Assembly (NCBI GenBank): GCA_024644085.1
Contig: JAHELS010000004.1
Location: 894 to 64,893 of the forward strand
From: Rhodopirellula sp.
GTDB taxonomy: Bacteria; Planctomycetota; Planctomycetia; Pirellulales; Pirellulaceae
Direction: 5' to 3'
Length of the DNA: 64,000 nucleotides
Positions 29,813-39,597 of this stretch are shown piece after piece (position 1 is the stretch's first letter; every line of letters starts with the position of its first letter). Made by a program: the position numbers and the translations under genes. A model generated the notes under the pieces. It worked only from the letters and a program-made list of their open reading frames with translations. It was not told where the DNA came from and did no database searches.

Positions 29813-31983
29813 GTGCTTCATTGGTGTTGGTTCATGACGCGAAAGCGTGGCTGCGATATCTCGCCACGAGTCTGCTCGCCGCCTGTTTCGGCTCGGCGAC
29901 CGCAACGGCCCAGTTCCAGGTAGTGGAGCTTCGTGCGATGTCGCAAAGTGGCGCCGAAGCGGGGGAGTCGATCGACTTGCGGGTGACCTCGGGAACCCAT
30001 CTGGAAGAACTCGATTCGCTGCATTTTTCGCATCCGGCCATCCACGTTGATCCGGCAACACTCGACCCACTGCCCTACACCGATGCGCGCCGACCTCATC
30101 ATGGACACTTCAGCGTGACGGTCCCCGATAGCATCCCAGCTGGGCGTTACGAAGTGCGCGTCAAGGGTCGTCATGGTATTTCCAACCCGCGCGCCTTTCT
30201 CGTCACCCGGTTTGCGAATGCCGCGGTACCGAGCGTTAGTCACGATTCGAACTCGCCCACGGCACTCCCACCTGCAACCCTCGTTCACGCCAGGTCGACG
30301 GCAGCCGAGATCGACTATTTCACATTGGAAGTCGAGGCGGGCAAGCAGTTGCGGATTGAATTGGTTGCCCAGCAGGTCGATTCGCGGATGATCGGCCAAT
30401 TGAAGCTCTACGATTTCGACGGACGCATTGTTGCAGCCTCCCGTGGCGCCGACGACGTGGATCCCGTGATCGAGATCGACCAGGTCATCGCCGGTCGGTA
30501 CGTGCTGGAGGTTCATGACTTTCTGTATCGAGGCGGCGAAGAGTTTTTTTACCAACTGCTCGCTCGCGATGGTGACCAGTTCGTATCCCCGGTTGTCGGC
30601 AATTCGAGTGTACCGGGGCAATTGCCAGATGTTTGGGCGCCCTGGGCGTTCACCGTTTCCGACGATGCAAACCTCGATACGCCCACCAGCTCGACCGAGC
30701 CCGCGACAATCGACGTTCCCGGTCGCGTCGTGGAGTGGTTTCCCAGCGATGGCAGCGATTCAGTTTTCCAGTTCGCGGCTACCCAGGGCGAGGCACTCGC
30801 GATCGATGTCTTGTCGCATCGCGGGGGAGAGCCGACCGATCCCCGCTTGATCGTACAGCGAATCGAACCTCAGCAATCCGGCCCTCCGAAGCTGCACGAC
30901 GTACTGAACATCGATGACAGCCAATCGGTCAGTGATGGCGCGTTGGTGCTGTTTTCTCGTGATCCCGTCGCGTTGTTTCAGCCTCCCGCGACGGCCAATT
31001 ATCTCGTCCGCGTGCGCGATCTGGACACGGGGCAATCGTTAAGTTTTCAACAGCGGTTTGCATTGCAAGTCAAAAAACCTGACCCAGGTTTCGATCTGAT
31101 TGCATATCGGATAACGCCGCATCGTGACGTGAACCAGACTCGGCCGTTTGGATCGAAGTTGTTTCGAGGCGGCGCGGAATCGATTCGTGTGCTGGTAGTT
31201 CGCCGTGATGGGTGGAGCGGACCGATCAAGGTTTCGGCGGACTCACTACCCGAGGGCGTGACATCGAGCGATGTTTGGATCGCCGCGAACCAAGCACAAG
31301 CCGTGATGACGGTGACCGCATCCGAGGATGCCAAGTCAGTCACCGGGCCCGTGAGTATTGTGGGTCAGAGTGTTGATGGTAGCGTGACGAACGAGGTGAC
31401 CCCGGCTGTGATTTCCTGGGGCAAGGGCGGCGGACGAGACTTCGTCCGCGCGCGAATGGCATCAAACTTGCAAATTGCGGTAAGCGACAAGGACCTGTCT
31501 CCCCTCTCGATGACATGGGGGGACGGGAAGGTCGACGAGGTCAAGAAAGGGACGACGCTCACGATTCCCGTCAAGCTGACGCGACGCGAGGGTGGGAAAA
31601 CGCCGGTCGTTCTGCGGGCACGGGACTTGCCCAACGGCGTGACGGCCGGCGATGTGACGATCGCAGCCGACAAGAACGAAGCCGATTACGCTTTGAATGT
31701 TACACCGGGTACCGCCAACGGAACTTACTCGCTGTGGCTCCAGGCGGAAACTAAGATCAAGATCAAGCCGAATCCGCAATCACTCGAGCGGGCTCAGCAA
31801 TATCGTGCCCACCTTCAATCGCTTCACGATGATCCGGCCAAGGCAGCCGACCTCGAGTCGATCAAGGCGGCGATCGCCGAAGCAGATAAAAGCGTCGAGG
31901 CAGCCAAGGGTGCCGCTAACGACGTGGAGTTGACTGTTTTTATTCCCACCCCAAACGCGACGATTCGAGTCGTTGATCCATGA
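29809..31983 (+). CDS. Exported protein with PPC-like and Ig-like beta-sandwich domains
   Basis: GRYEVRVKGRHGISNPRAF, DYFTLEVEAGK, HDFLYRGG, VRRDGWSGPI; TTGA start/stop overlap assumed; no catalytic triad seen. Confidence 0.85.
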   Translation: MSASLVLVHDAKAWLRYLATSLLAACFGSATATAQFQVVELRAMSQSGAEAGESIDLRVTSGTHLEELDSLHFSHPAIHVDPATLDPLPYTDARRPHHGHFSVTVPDSIPAGRYEVRVKGRHGISNPRAFLVTRFANAAVPSVSHDSNSPTALPPATLVHARSTAAEIDYFTLEVEAGKQLRIELVAQQVDSRMIGQLKLYDFDGRIVAASRGADDVDPVIEIDQVIAGRYVLEVHDFLYRGGEEFFYQLLARDGDQFVSPVVGNSSVPGQLPDVWAPWAFTVSDDANLDTPTSSTEPATIDVPGRVVEWFPSDGSDSVFQFAATQGEALAIDVLSHRGGEPTDPRLIVQRIEPQQSGPPKLHDVLNIDDSQSVSDGALVLFSRDPVALFQPPATANYLVRVRDLDTGQSLSFQQRFALQVKKPDPGFDLIAYRITPHRDVNQTRPFGSKLFRGGAESIRVLVVRRDGWSGPIKVSADSLPEGVTSSDVWIAANQAQAVMTVTASEDAKSVTGPVSIVGQSVDGSVTNEVTPAVISWGKGGGRDFVRARMASNLQIAVSDKDLSPLSMTWGDGKVDEVKKGTTLTIPVKLTRREGGKTPVVLRARDLPNGVTAGDVTIAADKNEADYALNVTPGTANGTYSLWLQAETKIKIKPNPQSLERAQQYRAHLQSLHDDPAKAADLESIKAAIAEADKSVEAAKGAANDVELTVFIPTPNATIRVVDP

Positions 31984-34900
31984 TGCGAATTCTTAAATGC
32001 AACGGACCCATTGGTCGGCTTGGCACCGCTCTGCTATGCGGATTTGTCGTTTCGGTGACGCAGGCCCAGGAGCTGCCCTTGCCGGTGGCCGATCTGCAGC
32101 GAAGTCAGAGCGTTGACTTTAACGAAGAGATCTTGCCGATCCTTAAACGCAACTGCCTCGCTTGCCATCACGAAAAAGAATCCGAAGGTGGCTTGGTGCT
32201 CGAAACGGTGGCGAGCATTCAAAAAGGCGGCGATAGCGGTACCGCCGTTGTGCCCAGAGATCTTGATGCGAGCCTCGCGTTCATGCGAGCCAGCGGTAGA
32301 GAGGAACCGTTGATGCCGCCGGAGGACAACAGTGTCGGTGCAAAACCACTCACGCCGGACGAACTCGGGCTGCTTAAGTTGTGGATCGAAGAGGGGGCCG
32401 CGGAAGGGCAAGCCGCGATGAACGAATCAGTCCAGTGGCAACCGATTCCCGAGTCTGTTCGCACGGTGTACGCGTTGGATCTCTCACCCGATGGCCGTTT
32501 CGCAGCAATCGGGCGGGGAAACCGAGTCGTGCTTGTCGACCTGGCTACGCACGATGAAATCGGACGCCTGGTCGATCCGAGCCTTGATGTGGGCGAGGTG
32601 GCCGATGTCGACCTGATTCAATCGATTGCGATCTCACCAACGGGCAAGCAGATCGCGACTGGCGGCTTTCGAACCGTGCGATTGTGGCAAGAAACTTCGC
32701 CCGAAATCGACCCCGCCAGCACGCCAATCGCGTCGGCGAGCGGATTGATCGCAATCAAAGCAGATCAAAATGCCGCGGCATTGGTCAACGCAATCGGTGA
32801 TATCGAGATCTGGGATCTCAAGAGCAGCCAGCGCTTGCACACACTCCGTGGACATGCTGACCGCGTCACAGGTCTGGTATGGCCCGGCGACGGCGATCAA
32901 GTTTATAGCTGTGACCAATCGGGACGTCTGATCGCATGGGAGGCGTCCGGCGGTGGCAAGTCAGCGGAGATCGATGCCAGGATTCCGTTGGTCCAGTTGG
33001 CGGCTTCGCGTGATGCGATCCACATCGCCGCGATCAGCTCCGAGGGCAAGGCTGATCTTTTTCGAATCAGCGATGACAAAAAGTCGATCGAGCGAATCAA
33101 AGAAGCGGTCGGCGGCGCCGGCGATGTCACGGCGGTTGCATTCGGTCAGCAACCTGTGCCAATGCTGGTACTCGCCAGCGAGAGCGGTGGCGTGCGGATG
33201 CTGGCGCTTACCGACCATTCCGAATTGCGAAAGTTCGATCACGGCGCCGTCGTTGATTCCGTCGTCGTAAGTGGCGATCAACAACGATTGATCACCGGGG
33301 GCCGCGATGGGAAAGCTAAAATCTGGAATGTCGCCGACGGAAAACTGATTCTGACGCTCGAGGGAGATGCCGAAAGCCGATTACGGCTGGCCGCCGCCTC
33401 GCGCGATGTGGATCGCCAAAAAGCGTCGGTAGCCCGATTGAATTCGAAAACCGCAGAACTTGAAAAGTCACTTGGCAAAGAAAACGAATTGCTTGCCAAG
33501 ACGACGGAGGAACACAAGAAAGCAACGGAATCGTTAGCCGCTGAAGAAAAGAAACGCGTCGACGCAGTGGCGGTCGTGACGGGGACCGAAGCGAAGATTG
33601 CCAAAGCCAGGACAGAATCAGAAACGGCAACCGCAACCATCGATTCGGCCGGCGCGTTGTTGACCGCCGCCAAGGCAACCTCCGATCGGGTCGCAAAAGA
33701 GATTGACTCCCACCAACAAGAGCTGTCCGCCGCGCAGGGGCAAGTGAAAAAGGCGCAGGAAGAAATTGCGGCGATCACCAAAATCATGAATGAGGCCAAA
33801 GCCAAGGCCGAGAAACTTCAACAGACTGTGGACGCGAAGAAAGCGGAGATGGCAAAGGCGGTTCAGGATGCGACCCAGGCCCAGCAGCGAATCGATTCTG
33901 CGACCAAAGTCGTCGCCGATGCAAAAGTCGTGACCGAGCAGGCGACAAAGGACTTGGAGGAACAGAAAAAGGCGGTGGCGGCTGCCGAGGAGGCAAAAAA
34001 GAAAGGCGCGGCGGAAGTCGCCAAGCGTAAACAGGCTCTCGATACGGCAACCGGTGCCCAACAACGTGCCGCCGCGGCGGTCCCGTCGCACAAGAGTGTG
34101 ATCGAAACGCAAACACGCCGACAGAATTTCCTCGAGCAACAATTTACCGCCGCCCGGAACCGGGTTGCGCATGACGGGACGGCGGTCGAGAGTCTTGCCG
34201 TCAGCGGCGACGGTGCGGCCATCTCGACGGCGCACCGGGATGGTTCGGTTCGTGTTTACCGCGCGATTGACGGAATCCCGGTTTCGACGTTCGAGTCTTC
34301 ATTGCTTCGCAGTGAGCCGTCGAGGGTTGCCTTTGCTGGGGACATGGTGGTCGCGTTTGGCATTTCATCCTCACCGGAGATTTGGTCAAAGCATACGCAA
34401 TGGATTCTCCAGAGAACCATCGGAACGATTGATGATCCAGGCATCCTCAGCGATCGCGTGACGGCGCTTGATTTCCGTGCCGATGGCAAATCGATCGCAG
34501 CGGGCAGCGGTCCTCCGAGTCGATCGGGTGAAGTCAAAGTGTTTGCGGTCGACACCGGCCGATTGGTCCGCGACTTCGGGCCGGTTCATAGCGATACAGT
34601 CCTCGGTGTCGCGTTTTCGCCCGACGGCCGCCGAGTCGCCTCGTCAGCAGCCGACAAGACGATACGCGTGCTCGATGTCGCCGGCGGGAAGGTCATCCGA
34701 TCTCTCGAAGGCCATACGCATCACGTGCTGTCGGTTGCGTGGCAGGACGACGGGCAAACGATCGCCTCGGCAGCCGCCGATCAGACGGTCAAAATATGGA
34801 ACGTCGAAACGGGCGAACAGCGGCGGACGATCACGGGTGTTTCGAAGGAAGTCACCGCGGTCGACTTCGTGCAGACCTCCAACCAGATTGTGGCCGCATG

Positions 34901-35090
34901 TGCTGACGGCCAGGTTCGTCTCTACGACTCGTCCAATGGGAAATTGATCCGAACCTTCAATGCTTCGGGCGACTTTCTGTTCGCCGCAAGTGTCACGGCG
35001 GACGGAAAAAAATTGATTTCCGGCGGACAAAGCGGCGTGATTCGTTTCTGGACGCTTGCCGACGCGAAACTGGTCCATGAGTTGAAATGA
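31980..35090 (+). CDS. Planctomycete cytochrome c + WD40 propellers + long coiled-coil protein
   Basis: CLACH...LMPP; many WD blades (GHADRVTG, GHTHHVLSVAW, TVKIWN); Ala/Lys/Glu-rich coil of about 260 aa; ATGA overlap. Confidence 0.92.
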   Translation: MMRILKCNGPIGRLGTALLCGFVVSVTQAQELPLPVADLQRSQSVDFNEEILPILKRNCLACHHEKESEGGLVLETVASIQKGGDSGTAVVPRDLDASLAFMRASGREEPLMPPEDNSVGAKPLTPDELGLLKLWIEEGAAEGQAAMNESVQWQPIPESVRTVYALDLSPDGRFAAIGRGNRVVLVDLATHDEIGRLVDPSLDVGEVADVDLIQSIAISPTGKQIATGGFRTVRLWQETSPEIDPASTPIASASGLIAIKADQNAAALVNAIGDIEIWDLKSSQRLHTLRGHADRVTGLVWPGDGDQVYSCDQSGRLIAWEASGGGKSAEIDARIPLVQLAASRDAIHIAAISSEGKADLFRISDDKKSIERIKEAVGGAGDVTAVAFGQQPVPMLVLASESGGVRMLALTDHSELRKFDHGAVVDSVVVSGDQQRLITGGRDGKAKIWNVADGKLILTLEGDAESRLRLAAASRDVDRQKASVARLNSKTAELEKSLGKENELLAKTTEEHKKATESLAAEEKKRVDAVAVVTGTEAKIAKARTESETATATIDSAGALLTAAKATSDRVAKEIDSHQQELSAAQGQVKKAQEEIAAITKIMNEAKAKAEKLQQTVDAKKAEMAKAVQDATQAQQRIDSATKVVADAKVVTEQATKDLEEQKKAVAAAEEAKKKGAAEVAKRKQALDTATGAQQRAAAAVPSHKSVIETQTRRQNFLEQQFTAARNRVAHDGTAVESLAVSGDGAAISTAHRDGSVRVYRAIDGIPVSTFESSLLRSEPSRVAFAGDMVVAFGISSSPEIWSKHTQWILQRTIGTIDDPGILSDRVTALDFRADGKSIAAGSGPPSRSGEVKVFAVDTGRLVRDFGPVHSDTVLGVAFSPDGRRVASSAADKTIRVLDVAGGKVIRSLEGHTHHVLSVAWQDDGQTIASAAADQTVKIWNVETGEQRRTITGVSKEVTAVDFVQTSNQIVAACADGQVRLYDSSNGKLIRTFNASGDFLFAASVTADGKKLISGGQSGVIRFWTLADAKLVHELK

Positions 35091-35188
35091 CAGTTTCTGA
35101 TTGCCGGAGCGCCGAATTGTCTCGGGGCAGGTAAAATACGCCCGTCGATGCAACTCTGAATAACCCAACTCCGTAGGGACATCCTGAC

Positions 35189-36076
35189 ATGATTGGCCGA
35201 ATGACTGGCGTAATTTGCGCCGCCACGCTGTGGATCGTGATGTCATCACACGCCTCCGCCCAAATGGTTCGAGTCGGGCCTTTTGGCGGTGTCAACGTGC
35301 GTGTTCCCTTTGTTTCGGTCGATGTTCTTCCATTCGGTGGCGGCACTCGCGTCCGCGCGCCTTTCACGGCGGTCGACACCAGGCTGTACGCACTCGGCTA
35401 CGGCGGACCGGGTTACGGATACTACCACCCGGGACCGGTCTATCACCCACCGATCTACCCTGCGCCGGTCTACCCCGTGCCCGTTTATCCCCATGTTGTT
35501 TATCCCGACGTTGTGTATCACGAGCGTGTCTATCCCGATCGCATTTACGTCGAAGGGAGTAATGTTTACCCGCAGCGCCAGCCTTACCAGTCGACGCGAC
35601 TTTCCATGGATGGTTCGCTCGGCGAGCAACTTCGAGACGCGGCTCAGCGATTGGCGATGAGTTTATCGTCACGACGCGATGACGCGGATGTTTGGTTGGA
35701 TTACCTCGGGCCGCAGCGGATCATCGAGACGATTGACCAGGGCGAGTCGCCGGAGCGGCTTAGCGATTTGTTGATCAACTACCAGGGCGTGGTTGGCAAT
35801 CCGAATCTGTCGTCCATCTCACGAGCCCCTGGGTTCTCATTGACTCTCGAGTTGTTGGGTCCGTTCGTCGCGAGTGGTTCGGTCGGGCGAGAATCGCCGT
35901 CGTCTGAACCCGCTGCCGATCGCGATACGCAAATTCTTCCTTCCTCGGATGTTCCCGCTCGGCCAACGCCCGCGGCACCGGTCCGGCCGGCTGAGGAGCA
36001 AGAGTTGCAGGCGGAGCAGGAGGCCATCCCCGAATCGATCGAGGAATTGCCGGCGCCCAAGCCGACGGAGATTTGA
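35189..36076 (+). CDS. Exported Pro/Tyr-rich hypothetical protein
   Basis: Signal peptide ending in ASA|Q; VRVPFV/VRAPF motifs; PVYP pentapeptide repeats; helical domain; acidic Pro-rich tail. Confidence 0.8.
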   Translation: MIGRMTGVICAATLWIVMSSHASAQMVRVGPFGGVNVRVPFVSVDVLPFGGGTRVRAPFTAVDTRLYALGYGGPGYGYYHPGPVYHPPIYPAPVYPVPVYPHVVYPDVVYHERVYPDRIYVEGSNVYPQRQPYQSTRLSMDGSLGEQLRDAAQRLAMSLSSRRDDADVWLDYLGPQRIIETIDQGESPERLSDLLINYQGVVGNPNLSSISRAPGFSLTLELLGPFVASGSVGRESPSSEPAADRDTQILPSSDVPARPTPAAPVRPAEEQELQAEQEAIPESIEELPAPKPTEI

Positions 36077-36094
36077 CTGGGCTTCTTCTCTGGC

Positions 36095-37180
36095 TCAGCC
36101 GGCACTGCCGGACTTTTTCGCTTCGGCCGGTTTCTTCTTTCGCGGCGGACGCGGTTGGATCGGCTTGGACGGATCCATGATCGGCGTTTCCCAGCCGGCC
36201 ATATCGAGCGGTTTCACCCCTTGTCGATAACCACCGAATCGGAATGTTGATGGGTTGTAGGGTCCGACCAGCGAGACGTTCAATTCGGGCGTGATTTTTT
36301 CTTCGAGCCCGACGGCCCAAAAGCAACCGTTGATCATCATTCGCCGAAACCCGTCGTTTCGAATGTCCTCGGATGCACCGTAGGTCGTGGTGAAGACGCG
36401 GCCCATCGCTCCGCTTTCACTCGTGTAGCTGCGCACCCAGACGCCGGGACAGGGTTGTTTGTCCTCCGCCACAGGCGAGCGGGGCGTCATCCCCTGCAGC
36501 GGTTGAGCATTGGCCAAAACCACGCTGTCGGGCATCGGCTCGGTCCAGTACCCGCCCGCCTCGACCCACGGATCTTTTACGCCGCGAAGGACCGGATGGT
36601 CAGCTTGCTCGCTGATAATATCCAGCCGCGTGCTCATCACGTGATTCTTGCCGTAGTGCCCGGCCCATGTCTCGCCGAGAATGTGGCGGCCGAATCCACC
36701 TTTCATCTCGTCACCTTTGAATTGGTGATCAAATCTGGCGAATTCTGAATCAGTTGGAATCTTGAAGGCATGTGTGCTCGTGCGGGTGCCTACAACCGGT
36801 CCGCCACGATTGAGGTAGTCGACAATCGGTTGCATTTGTTCGGCTGGAAAGTTTTGGAACCGCAATCCGAATACAAGCAGGTCGGCGCTGTCGATGGCAT
36901 CGGTGTGGGGCATGTTGCTGTTGCCCGGCACGATGAAACCAGTTTCCTCGTCGACGTTAAACAGCACCGTGCATTTGAAGCCGTGGTGCTTGGCCAGGAT
37001 TCGTGCCAGCGCGGGCAAAGCCTCTTCGCTTCGATACTCGTGATCGCCGGCGAGAAAGACGATCTGCTTCCCAGCCCCGGGACCGCTCTTGCCCTCATAG
37101 ACCAGGGGACCATCGACCCCTTGGAGAGATTGGGCGAAGGTGAGGGCGACAATCGCAACAGTAAGCATTCGAAAGCACAT
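36095..37180 (-). CDS. Exported ThuA (trehalose-utilisation) domain protein
   Basis: IVFLAGDHEYRSEE, RTSTHAF, HPVLRGV, GRVFTTTYGASED. Confidence 0.85.
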   Translation of the reverse strand: MCFRMLTVAIVALTFAQSLQGVDGPLVYEGKSGPGAGKQIVFLAGDHEYRSEEALPALARILAKHHGFKCTVLFNVDEETGFIVPGNSNMPHTDAIDSADLLVFGLRFQNFPAEQMQPIVDYLNRGGPVVGTRTSTHAFKIPTDSEFARFDHQFKGDEMKGGFGRHILGETWAGHYGKNHVMSTRLDIISEQADHPVLRGVKDPWVEAGGYWTEPMPDSVVLANAQPLQGMTPRSPVAEDKQPCPGVWVRSYTSESGAMGRVFTTTYGASEDIRNDGFRRMMINGCFWAVGLEEKITPELNVSLVGPYNPSTFRFGGYRQGVKPLDMAGWETPIMDPSKPIQPRPPRKKKPAEAKKSGSAG

Positions 37181-37260
37181 GAAGAGGTCTCGGCAGGATC
37201 CAAAGACTTGAATGAACCAATGGGTGACGACATCGACATCGTACCAGCCGGCCGATCGTT

Positions 37261-37326
37261 GTGCCGGATTATCGGGTGCCGGGACCATCGTTGTGCCGGG
37301 ACCATCTTTGTGCCGGGACGATTGGG
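37261..37326. repeat. Intergenic 17-bp tandem repeat (3 copies plus 1 degenerate)
   Basis: GTGCCGGGAC(C/G)AT at 37276, 37293 and 37310; GTGCCGG at 37261. Confidence 0.85.
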
Positions 37327-37395
37327 TTGTCCGTACCCCCAATCGCATTGCGTCGCTGGCCGTACACCAACGCGCGTGTTGGTGCCGGCTAGAAC

Positions 37396-38055
37396 CTAGG
37401 GGGCATGATCCCCCGTTTCCTCTCGCCTTGCTGTGATGATCAACTGAACTGCGTCGTAAGTCGCATGGGCGGTGATCGGGACCAACAGGTTCTCGGTGTA
37501 GATCACCAAAGCGCCAAAATAAAAGCCCATCAGCGTCGCCAGAAAGATATAGAGCCGGCTGATCGGGTGGAAGAATCCGAACACCACTGACGAGACCACC
37601 AGGGCGGCAATGAGCGTGGCTTGGGGTGGCGAGGTAGTCATCGCCTGGGCAGTTTCATCGAGCCAATACATCAGCCAGCCGCGGAACAATAGTTCTTCGC
37701 CGATTCCAGCGCAGATGCTGATCACGATCAATTCGCTCGGCCGCAGCTTCAACAGCGTTTTGATCATGCTGTCGTCGGTCAACCGCTCGAGTTCACGAAT
37801 GGGTTCCCATGGGATGTGGCGGATCAACTCGATCAACGCCAGCACGGGAATCGCGGCGAGGCATCCAAATCCAAGGCCGAGCCCTAGCTGTTTCAGGTTT
37901 TCCGGTTCCAATTCAGGAATCATCGCCCTTGCGGAGGGACCCAGTGCCCAGCCGAGCAACAGTGCAACCCCCCCGAGAGCGCTTTCGAACAGCACGGCTG
38001 TCAGAAAGAGATCGTCAGGTGATTGTTCAGTCGGCTCGATCTCGTCCATGGACAT
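37396..38055 (-). CDS. CPBP (Abi/CAAX type II) intramembrane metalloprotease
   Basis: GEELLFRG, FGFFH and HATYD motifs. Confidence 0.92.
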   Translation of the reverse strand: MSMDEIEPTEQSPDDLFLTAVLFESALGGVALLLGWALGPSARAMIPELEPENLKQLGLGLGFGCLAAIPVLALIELIRHIPWEPIRELERLTDDSMIKTLLKLRPSELIVISICAGIGEELLFRGWLMYWLDETAQAMTTSPPQATLIAALVVSSVVFGFFHPISRLYIFLATLMGFYFGALVIYTENLLVPITAHATYDAVQLIITARREETGDHAP

Positions 38056-38219
38056 CAATTCACCAATCACGCTTTGTGCTGTGGCCGTGGGCTCGGAACG
38101 TGCAGGGTACATTCTGACAGTAAACATACGTCCGCGTCAGAGCGCGCCGCGACGAACAATTAATGATTCCGTGAGTTTGAACTATGGCATGTGGAGATCA
38201 CGGGGCCTAGATTGTGGGT

Positions 38220-38546
38220 ATGAGCCAGATTGAGATCGAGCTGACTGATGAACAGTTACAGCGGATTGCCAAGGCAATCGCCGATCCTCAGCGTTTTGCA
38301 ATCCTGGCGTGCATCGCGCGACAAGAGGAAATTCCCTGCAAGACGCTCGTCGCGGAGTTTCCGATCACACAGGCAACCATCTCCCATCACTTGAAGGAAT
38401 TGGTTGCAGCCGAATTGATTCATTCGCGCCGTGAAGGTCAGCTGGCGATTTTGAGTTGTCGTCGAGAGGTCTGTGACGCCTACACACAGATCCTTTTCCA
38501 GCGATTAGTCGAACCGGGAAAAGTTTTTTCAGGGAAGTTATCTTAG
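38220..38546 (+). CDS. ArsR/SmtB family transcriptional regulator
   Basis: KAIADPQRFAIL, ITQATISHHLKELVAAELI, RREG. Confidence 0.92.
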   Translation: MSQIEIELTDEQLQRIAKAIADPQRFAILACIARQEEIPCKTLVAEFPITQATISHHLKELVAAELIHSRREGQLAILSCRREVCDAYTQILFQRLVEPGKVFSGKLS

Positions 38547-38557
38547 GTCGTGCCGTC

Positions 38558-39511
38558 GTGACCGCGCAGTGTTTGATCAGCTTCGGGAGCAATCTCGGTG
38601 ACCCTTTTGCATTGGTTGCCGAAGCAGCTCGGATGATCAATGCGTTTGACAACGTCATTGGCCTGCGTACCAGCCGCTTGTTCGAGACGCCGCCGATTGG
38701 CGGACCGCTGGGTCAGGAACCGTTCCTTAATGCGGTCGCCTCGTTCGAGACAGCATCCTCGGCGCGCGACATCCTCGGCTTGCTTCAGCAAACCGAACAC
38801 CATTTGGGTCGCCAGCGTCGCCAGCGCTGGGACGCGCGATCGATCGATCTTGATGTCGTCTTGCATGGCGAGTTGGTGGGCGGAGGCACCGGGTTGATCG
38901 TGCCCCATCCCCGATACACCGCGCGTCAATTCGTCTTGCGGCCCGCGTGCGACGTTGCGCCCCATTACCGTGATCCTCGATTCGGGTGGACTCTCGAGCG
39001 GCTCGCGCGGCACCTGGGCGAAGGTGTTCCGTCGCTGGCGCTGGTCGGTGGTGACGAGGCAATCCGAACCGACCTGTGCCGGCAACTCACCGCAGACTAC
39101 GGCATTGAAACCTTTGCCGATCGGCCCCGCGAGGAACCGATGGCAGTGGTGGGTCATGCCCCCGTACTTCGGGAACTGAAGTCCGAGATGCCCTCTCGCG
39201 ATCACTCCGAAGCGGCGATCCCGCAGGGAATCGATCATCCATGGGTTTCCGCATTCTTACCCAAACTACCGTCGCTTGAGAGCCACGAGACCAGTCTTGG
39301 TTGCGTCCCGCGGCTGGTGGCCCGGATGCAATCGACGACACCGCAAACGCGCTGGCCGGCGCCGCACCAAATGTGGCCGGGTGGATGGCGTTGGCCCGAA
39401 TACCGCCTTGAAATAGACGATTTGACGTGGGCTGCTCGCGAGATTGCTTCGGCACTGGACTCAATGCGATGTCCCGCCGAGGCGGTCACTTCGGACGGCG
39501 ATTGGTGGTAG
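38558..39511 (+). CDS. folK: HPPK (FolK) with a C-terminal extension of about 160 aa
   Basis: SFGSNLGD, SRLFETPP, FLNAV, RSIDLDVV, VPHPR, RQFVLRP. Confidence 0.92.
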   Translation: MTAQCLISFGSNLGDPFALVAEAARMINAFDNVIGLRTSRLFETPPIGGPLGQEPFLNAVASFETASSARDILGLLQQTEHHLGRQRRQRWDARSIDLDVVLHGELVGGGTGLIVPHPRYTARQFVLRPACDVAPHYRDPRFGWTLERLARHLGEGVPSLALVGGDEAIRTDLCRQLTADYGIETFADRPREEPMAVVGHAPVLRELKSEMPSRDHSEAAIPQGIDHPWVSAFLPKLPSLESHETSLGCVPRLVARMQSTTPQTRWPAPHQMWPGGWRWPEYRLEIDDLTWAAREIASALDSMRCPAEAVTSDGDWW

Positions 39512-39597
39512 CGGCCGCCGCGCGATTGCTGTCGACGCAATATCAAGTTCGTCGTCGCCACCCCGGCCTGCTCCGAGAGATTGATCCGGCGGGAGAT

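Noticed and set aside
29809-31983. Serine protease annotation for the PPC protein
   Set aside because: No subtilase or trypsin catalytic motifs are visible.
37396-38055. Abortive-infection defence gene
   Set aside because: The Abi/CPBP name refers to a membrane protease family, and there is no defence-island context.
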